From a virus: a DNA stretch of 64,000 nucleotides. Where the stretch lies: IMG/VR virus record IMGVR_UViG_3300003937_000247, one strand, 5' to 3'. Both the position numbers and the translations under genes were made by a program. Positions 58,414-64,000 of the stretch are shown here, piece after piece (the first letter of the stretch is position 1; the number at the start of each line of letters is the position of its first letter). The notes under the pieces were generated by a model. The model saw only the letters and a program-made list of their open reading frames with translations. It was not told the DNA's origin and made no database searches.

Positions 58414-58835
58414 TGAATAATAATTTTAAAAGAATTGTTATGTTTACATTTACAATTATAGCACTATTATTAATATGTAATATATTATACGCTGAAGATT
58501 CATTTGAAAACACAATTAAAAAAATAAACATATTAGAAAATGGAAACAATGAAGTCACTTATGATAAAATACAACCTTTAAAAGACCAGTATTGTTTCAT
58601 AAAAGTAAAAATTACAGAAGTTGATGGTGAAATCATCAAAGAAGAAGTTGTTGAATGTGCCGATGGTAGAAAGGCGTATGATGGACCAAGTTATTGGGAG
58701 TTATTCGCTATGTTTTATTATGGTGATATGAATACACCTGCCTATTGTAGGCATTATGAACGACCTAAACACGCATACCATAAACCTGGTAAAGTATGTT
58801 TAGACAAAAATGGAAACTGGGAGGTAAAAAAATAA
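58410..58835 (+). CDS. exported Cys-containing hypothetical protein
   Basis: Signal peptide; C...NG.W C-terminus similar to the 57468 protein. Confidence 0.6.
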   Translation: MMNNNFKRIVMFTFTIIALLLICNILYAEDSFENTIKKINILENGNNEVTYDKIQPLKDQYCFIKVKITEVDGEIIKEEVVECADGRKAYDGPSYWELFAMFYYGDMNTPAYCRHYERPKHAYHKPGKVCLDKNGNWEVKK

Positions 58836-58996
58836 TGATAAAAGGTATAATAACCCTAGTAGTACTATGGATAATCATAGCTTTTACTTGGGATCCATTT
58901 GTATCAACAGTTGAGAAAACACAGGCTGTTGACAAAACTAAGGAATTAGTGTATAATGTGTTTAATAAAGCGAAGGAGAAAGTGAAAAATGAGTAA
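58835..58996 (+). CDS. small membrane protein
   Basis: TM helix; contains ttgaca(58929)-17-tataat promoter for the next gene. Confidence 0.5.
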   Translation: MIKGIITLVVLWIIIAFTWDPFVSTVEKTQAVDKTKELVYNVFNKAKEKVKNE

Positions 58997-59597
58997 AGTA
59001 CTCAAATATATAATAATTGGTTTATTAAGTGTCACGCTTGCAAATTGTTCAAGCAATACTTATAAAATCAAAAAAGAAAGCAAGAATCAGGTACTAAAAG
59101 TTCCTTCTTGGTATATGAAAGACTATTCCGAGAATAAAGAATGTGGTACTAAAATGTTCGGCAAAAAGAAAGACAAAAAATGTGTCTTCGGTGTCGGAAC
59201 TTCTACATCACCTGACCTAGAATTGGCAATTGACAAGGCGACAATGATCGCTAAGGCTGAAGTTGCTGATAAGATAAAAGGGGAGATGAATAAGAAGGCA
59301 AAGATTTTTACTACCGAGTTAGGTAAATCTCAAACCAAAACTGTTGTAACAGATGTTGAAACAACTATAGTAAACATTATTAAGAATACACCAGTACGTG
59401 GTTATGAAGTATTTAAGCAAGAGGTAACTTTAACGAAAAATGGTTACTACCGTGCTTGGATAGGATTAAGATTGCCTATGGGACCATACAACAAGATGTA
59501 CAATTATTCTTTAGAAGAAATAGTTGACGCTTACAAGTTAAAAGAACTTGCTGAAAAATCGTATGATGAAGTAGAGATAATTGCTAATGAGCAGTAA
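58989..59597 (+). CDS. LPP20-like lipoprotein
   Basis: Lipobox LANC, VPSWY, G.G.S.DLELAIDKA...AK. Confidence 0.7.
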   Translation: MSKVLKYIIIGLLSVTLANCSSNTYKIKKESKNQVLKVPSWYMKDYSENKECGTKMFGKKKDKKCVFGVGTSTSPDLELAIDKATMIAKAEVADKIKGEMNKKAKIFTTELGKSQTKTVVTDVETTIVNIIKNTPVRGYEVFKQEVTLTKNGYYRAWIGLRLPMGPYNKMYNYSLEEIVDAYKLKELAEKSYDEVEIIANEQ

Positions 59598-59856
59598 AAT
59601 CCAAATATACTCAAAGCCTAATTGTACTTATTGTACAAAATCAAAACACTTGATGAAAACGTTAGGCTTTGAATACGAAGAACATATGTTTGGGAAAGAT
59701 TTTACTACACCTGAACAGTTATTTGAGGCAATAGGTAAACAAGTACGAACTATGCCTCAAATTGTTATAGAAGATAAACATATCGGCGGCTATAACGAAT
59801 TAATAGAGTATTTTGCCGATAAGAAGTTAGTAAATTACAAAGGTGAAAAAATATAA
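59587..59856 (+). CDS. nrdC: glutaredoxin
   Basis: YSKPNCTYC, RTMPQI, HIGGY. Confidence 0.92.
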   Translation: MSSKIQIYSKPNCTYCTKSKHLMKTLGFEYEEHMFGKDFTTPEQLFEAIGKQVRTMPQIVIEDKHIGGYNELIEYFADKKLVNYKGEKI

Positions 59857-60268
59857 TATGAGTGATGATGGACAATTAGAATTTGATTTTGGGTTAGAAT
59901 CTAAAATACCCGATAATGTAATATTATTTCCTAAAATACCTTTACGAAGACCTAATTGGGCACAACAAAAATTAGACGCTAAAAAACAAGATATGTTGAG
60001 AAGACAACACAATCAGGTTTACGTACAGGCCATTACAGAACAATTAACTGAACAGATGTTATTAAGATTAAGAGAAGAAAACATTAACATAACAACAAAA
60101 GAATTTTTAAGTGACTATAAGTTGTCACTAGAGGCGCTTAAGTCTATGTTGCTTAGGGCAGTACATATGAAACACCCATTACAACAACGTGTAGATAGGG
60201 CGGTCAAATGTAAACAAGGAGAAGGTAAGGACGTATATGCCATTACCATTGACTATAACAAATTTTAA
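59843..60268 (+). CDS. hypothetical protein
   Basis: DNVILFP and HPLQ motifs. Confidence 0.65.
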   Translation: MKKYNMSDDGQLEFDFGLESKIPDNVILFPKIPLRRPNWAQQKLDAKKQDMLRRQHNQVYVQAITEQLTEQMLLRLREENINITTKEFLSDYKLSLEALKSMLLRAVHMKHPLQQRVDRAVKCKQGEGKDVYAITIDYNKF

Positions 60269-60505
60269 ATTAGATAACAATATGCGTAACATTTATATAA
60301 TTGCAAATATATTAATCTGTCTGGCTGAACATAGTTTAAGAGGACTAAACGCATGGACAAGGAGGGTTATGGGCGAATGCCTGAAGACACCTTGGGCAGT
60401 TTTGAGTAGGGACCTATCTTGCAATAGATGGACTCTTCCTGGAAGATTGTGGGTGAGTTCCAACAAATCCCACGACAGACACATATTGTTATCTAATTTA
60501 AAATT
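60261..60505. repeat. perfect 24-bp inverted repeat enclosing a structured RNA
   Basis: aattttaaattagataacaatatg (60261-60284) / catattgttatctaatttaaaatt (60482-60505). Confidence 0.9.
60316..60479 (+). ncRNA. multi-stem structured ncRNA (possibly manA-motif class)
   Basis: GC-rich island; closing tctgtc/gacaga; stems tagttt/ggacta, caagg/ccttg, ggc-gaat-gcc, gagt/actc, gtggg/cccac; family assignment is from memory only. Confidence 0.65.
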
Positions 60506-60599
60506 ACAGAATTCCATAAAGCACTTTGGGATAATTGCTAGTACTGGCAAAGTTAGCAATTCTAATTATAATGCCACAATAGAAAAGGAGATTTAAACA

Positions 60600-60932
60600 A
60601 TGTTTAAATTTTTATTTAAAAACGACTCATTAAGAGTTGTATCAAAATCTAAAAGAAAATCTACTAGAGGTAGAAAAACTTTATCAAAAAGAGTTAAAGT
60701 TTTAAATCTTTTAAACAAAGGCGAATCTGTTACTTGGAAGACTTTAAGAAGCAGATTTGATCTAGTGTCTCCAAGAGCACTAGTTGACACATTGAGATCA
60801 GAAGGTAATATGATCTATGTTAACAAATCAGCAAAAGGAACATCTTATAGAATAGGTGAACCTACAAAAGCGATAATCGCTGCTGGGATCAAAAAATTAT
60901 ATGGTACTCCGTACGCATATAAAACTGCCTAA
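60600..60932 (+). CDS. winged helix-turn-helix DNA-binding protein
   Basis: Basic N-terminus; VLNLL..G..VTW.TL...F...SPRA.VD.LR.EG..I. Confidence 0.7.
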   Translation: MFKFLFKNDSLRVVSKSKRKSTRGRKTLSKRVKVLNLLNKGESVTWKTLRSRFDLVSPRALVDTLRSEGNMIYVNKSAKGTSYRIGEPTKAIIAAGIKKLYGTPYAYKTA

Positions 60933-60943
60933 TACTCATTGAG

Positions 60944-60982
60944 TATAAATAGAGGTATAGGGGTAGGGAGACTTACCCCTTT
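60944..60982 (+). promoter_or_regulatory. late promoter followed by terminator-like hairpin
   Basis: TATAAATA at 60944; aggggtag-ggaga-cttacccct-tt. Confidence 0.65.
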
Positions 60983-61008
60983 ACACATAACAAAATGAGG
61001 AGGCAAAT

Positions 61009-61497
61009 ATGCCAATGACATCCGCACAATTAAACGCAGGTATGGACACATCAGGATCAGGTGCTCCACTACTACACGAAATCTTACTAAAAGTAAACAA
61101 CGCAAAAGACAAATCCCAAAAAATTGAGGCTCTGAAAAAGAACGATTCAGTACCTTTAAGACAAATTTTAAAAGGTGCTTTTGATCCTAGTATCAAGTGG
61201 GATTTACCAGAAGGTACGCCACCATATAGAGAAAATGACGCACCAGCAGGTACAGAACACACGTCCCTATTTACAGAAGCCAAAAGATTATGGCACTTTG
61301 TAGAGGGAGCAGATAAGAAAACTTCCAGAACGAAGAAAGAAATGATGTTTATTCAATTGCTTGAAGGATTACACGCTAATGACGCTAAACTTATGATTTC
61401 AGTTAAAGAAAAAGAACTGAATCTCGTATATAAAGGGTTAACAGACGCTGTGGTTAAAGAAGCATTTGGATGGAATGCAGATTACAAAACATCCTAA
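61009..61497 (+). CDS. conserved marine T4-like hypothetical protein (DUF6433-like)
   Basis: FDP...W.LPEG.PPY, E.MFIQLLEGLH. Confidence 0.75.
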   Translation: MPMTSAQLNAGMDTSGSGAPLLHEILLKVNNAKDKSQKIEALKKNDSVPLRQILKGAFDPSIKWDLPEGTPPYRENDAPAGTEHTSLFTEAKRLWHFVEGADKKTSRTKKEMMFIQLLEGLHANDAKLMISVKEKELNLVYKGLTDAVVKEAFGWNADYKTS

Positions 61498-61544
61498 TAT
61501 AAATATTGTAGAGTGATTCTATAATATTTCAACTATAGGGTGTA

Positions 61545-61559
61545 GAACAAAAGTAGAAC
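61545..61559 (-). promoter_or_regulatory. GAAC-N7-GAAC LexA box-like element
   Basis: gaac-aaaagta-gaac, intergenic, 69 bp upstream of ttgatt(61629)-17-tatatt. Confidence 0.6.
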
Positions 61560-61698
61560 ATTCTACTTGACAGATTGTCGCACCCTATAACCCTTTGATT
61601 TTACACAATTATTTACTCCATTTTTTGCTTGATTTATAGTGCAATATCTGATATATTAGTACTATGAAATCAAATAATTATAAGGAGAGATATATATT

Positions 61699-61893
61699 AT
61701 GGGTAAAGTAAAACAATGGGCTGAAGATACAGCCGAAAAAGCAGTTGATACTGTCCTTGTTAAATTGACAAAAGGATTAATCAATAAAGAAGTTGCTAAA
61801 ACTGAAATTATGAAGTTAGATGTAAATTTAGGTCTAGTAGGTATTGACGAATTTAATATAGATGAAGTTATTGATGAGGCCGCTAATGCGTAA
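61699..61893 (+). CDS. hypothetical early protein
   Basis: aaggag RBS; MGKVKQW. Confidence 0.65.
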   Translation: MGKVKQWAEDTAEKAVDTVLVKLTKGLINKEVAKTEIMKLDVNLGLVGIDEFNIDEVIDEAANA

Positions 61894-62206
61894 ATCATTT
61901 TTAATATTATTTCTAGTATTCATTTATACTTGGTCTTGGGCAATATTTAATGCTGTCAAGGCTGACGACTATAACACCGCAGTTATTGGACACGTTATAT
62001 CTGAAAAAATTAAAGGCACAAATATTGATACGTCATATATAATGGAGCAAGAGATAGAAAAACTTGTACATAAGTTTGCTATTGATTCAGTATATATTTT
62101 GCAGGCATACCTTCCACAAATATTAGAAGGTGTTGCGAGTGATTTAAGATTAAAACTTGACGAAAAATACAAAAAGGAAATTTTAAATGGCGAAAACAGT
62201 AACTAA
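61862..62206 (+). CDS. exported hypothetical protein
   Basis: Signal peptide (likely start at MRKSF). Confidence 0.55.
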   Translation: MKLLMRPLMRKSFLILFLVFIYTWSWAIFNAVKADDYNTAVIGHVISEKIKGTNIDTSYIMEQEIEKLVHKFAIDSVYILQAYLPQILEGVASDLRLKLDEKYKKEILNGENSN

Positions 62207-62615
62207 AAAAACTAGAAAAAAGAAGGCAATTAAGTTAAAGAAAAAACTTAAAAGAGAATTTTCTTTAAAAAGAAAATATAAGACCACCTACAAAGATATT
62301 AGGATTTGGTTTAAACAATTTAATGACACCGTATTTGAAGGTAAACTATCTCCATTCGGACAGGTAGAAATAAAAGATTTAGCAAGAGAAAAATGTATAG
62401 GACAAGTAGTGACCTTGGAATGGAAAAGAAAAGGAACAAGACTTTTTAGATTAGAGATGTTACCTGACTATCCTGAAAAGAAGGATTTTTTAGATACTTT
62501 AGTACACGAAATGGTACATTTATATCAAATGCAAAATTTAGGAGATACAGGAAACCATAACGATTTGTTTTGGTCGTTTGAACCAAAAGTAAACTACGTA
62601 GGTTTACGACTATAA
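62187..62615 (+). CDS. SprT-like zinc metalloprotease
   Basis: FN..VF.G.L, TLVHEMVH, H...F. Confidence 0.85.
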   Translation: MAKTVTKKTRKKKAIKLKKKLKREFSLKRKYKTTYKDIRIWFKQFNDTVFEGKLSPFGQVEIKDLAREKCIGQVVTLEWKRKGTRLFRLEMLPDYPEKKDFLDTLVHEMVHLYQMQNLGDTGNHNDLFWSFEPKVNYVGLRL

Positions 62616-62632
62616 CAAAAGAAGTTTATATT

Positions 62633-62914
62633 ATGAAAAATAAAGATGAAAAAAACCACATTGACGAATGGTTAAAAATACAAATTAAAAAAGGTATTGA
62701 AATCATTGATAATGTTTTAAGAAACAATAATAATAAGTGGGAATTATATTATACAGGTCATTTACAAAAAGACATTTTCAATAATTTTCCAGGCAGAACT
62801 AGTAAAAAGATATTCAAAGGCTATAGAGCACATTTGGATAATAATAAACTTTTGTTTGTTCAAAAGAAGTTTGAACATAACGGATATGAATATTATGTAA
62901 AGAGAGGTATATAA
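62633..62914 (+). CDS. hypothetical protein
   Basis: YY.G.L and FVQKK...YEY motifs. Confidence 0.6.
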   Translation: MKNKDEKNHIDEWLKIQIKKGIEIIDNVLRNNNNKWELYYTGHLQKDIFNNFPGRTSKKIFKGYRAHLDNNKLLFVQKKFEHNGYEYYVKRGI

Positions 62915-63198
62915 TGAAAAAACTTGATAAAAAATCTAAAGACATATTGAAACTATTGGTTAAAGGTAAAGGCTTCTATAAGACGCCGATTGTACCTAAA
63001 GACCATACGGATGGAAACATTAACTTGCTTGTACCGTTGTACCTTGCAGGTCTTCTTTCCTTTCAAAGACAATACGACATCCCCCTTATAGGTCCTTCTA
63101 ACGAACACCTAGTAAGGTTTAAATGGTATGATGTTATGATAGACAAAAAGAAAACTGTAAAGGATTTAAAAAAGGTAATTAAAAATGGCCAAATTTAA
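62914..63198 (+). CDS. hypothetical protein
   Basis: Coupled ORF. Confidence 0.55.
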   Translation: MKKLDKKSKDILKLLVKGKGFYKTPIVPKDHTDGNINLLVPLYLAGLLSFQRQYDIPLIGPSNEHLVRFKWYDVMIDKKKTVKDLKKVIKNGQI

Positions 63199-63877
63199 AC
63201 TAACAATGAAGTGGCAAAAAGTATTAGATAGAACCTGGTTTTTGACCAAAGTATTTGCTATTCTATGTATTATGTGTGGAGTTGCTTTTACGTGGGGTAC
63301 TTTTTATCCCAATCAAACTGCTGTGAAGAACGTCAATTTAAAACTGGATCAGTTTTATATGCAGAAGATAAAAGATATGGACCTACGAGAACCTGAATTT
63401 ACATACAATAACGATATTCAATTTGTACGTGCTATGCACAAATGTATAAATTATATAAATTTTTCATTACCTAAAACTAAAAGAGTTCCATATGAAATGA
63501 TTATAGGTCAGGCTGCATTAGAGTCTGGTTGGGGAACTAGTAGATTTGGAACAGAAGGTAATAATTTATTCGGGATAAGAACTTGGACCAAAGAAGTGCC
63601 ACACCTTATGCCTTTAGGTATTAAGAAATGGCCTGGTTGGGGTGTTAAAGTATTTGCTAGTAAGTGTGATAGTGTAAAAGAATATATTAGATTATTAAAT
63701 GAACATCCTGCTTATAAAGAATTTAGAGAAATCAGAGCAAATATGCTTAAACAAAATAAACAATTAGATAGTTTGGTCTTAATAAAGACACTTGATAAAT
63801 TTTCTACAACTGCTGACTATGATAAAAGAGTTACTAGAATGATTATGAAGATAAGAAAACTTGAGGTGAACAAATGA
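63185..63877 (+). CDS. GH73/Bax-like glucosaminidase with N-terminal TM (endolysin candidate)
   Basis: QAALESGWGTSRF, GNNLFGI, LN.HPAY..FR. Confidence 0.88.
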   Translation: MAKFKLTMKWQKVLDRTWFLTKVFAILCIMCGVAFTWGTFYPNQTAVKNVNLKLDQFYMQKIKDMDLREPEFTYNNDIQFVRAMHKCINYINFSLPKTKRVPYEMIIGQAALESGWGTSRFGTEGNNLFGIRTWTKEVPHLMPLGIKKWPGWGVKVFASKCDSVKEYIRLLNEHPAYKEFREIRANMLKQNKQLDSLVLIKTLDKFSTTADYDKRVTRMIMKIRKLEVNK

Positions 63878-64000
63878 TGACAATTGCAGATGGAATATTA
63901 CTATTTTTTATAGGGTGTACATTAACAGTAATTGGATTTGGTATTGCTTTACACATAGGAAGTAAATCACTTAAACCAAAAGAGAAATTAACAACTGTAC

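Noticed and set aside
60237-60596. 119-aa ORF (and antisense 60293..60559) across the intergenic region
   Set aside because: Atypical composition; better explained as structured RNA plus inverted repeats
2276-62172. Numerous short minus-strand ORFs in the track
   Set aside because: They are antisense shadows of well-supported + strand genes with no recognisable motifs; only 41680..43317 is credible
1-64000. Bacterial chromosome or integrated prophage, suggested by fdh, aapJ, rpsU, adk and csg genes
   Set aside because: These genes are interspersed and coupled with T4 core genes and late promoters; no integrase, att site or host operon seen

Overview
A 64-kb, AT-rich, almost entirely + strand segment of a large T4-like myovirus genome. 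The host is most likely a marine alphaproteobacterium of the SAR11/Pelagibacter type. This is inferred from low GC, phage-encoded bS21, a curli-like csgF/csgG cassette, the hsp20/cobS/peroxiredoxin set and alphaproteobacterial-type GTTC-N7-GTTC boxes. The T4 replication core is present: gp45, gp44, gp62, regA, gp43, uvsX, gp41, gp61, nrdA, nrdB, thyX and glutaredoxin. There is also a tRNA-Thr(UGU), many sigma70-type promoters and T4 late (TATAAATA) promoters. Accessory genes include NAD-dependent formate dehydrogenase, an AapJ-like amino-acid-binding protein, three DNA methyltransferases, a Mom-like DNA modifier, a CHASE2 adenylate cyclase divergent from csgF-csgG-curlin-FecR, spanins and a glucosaminidase. 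The most notable observations are: (1) three LexA-type boxes at transcription-unit boundaries in a phage with no lysogeny genes in this window; (2) ligase-like, kinase and nucleotidyltransferase enzymes carrying T4 capsid-targeting-like N-termini; (3) DNA-modifying enzymes that carry the polymerase's clamp-binding tail; (4) a structured RNA enclosed by a perfect 24-bp inverted repeat; (5) an unannotated metallothionein-like peptide between nrdA and nrdB. All calls come from reading motifs by eye; no database searches were run.
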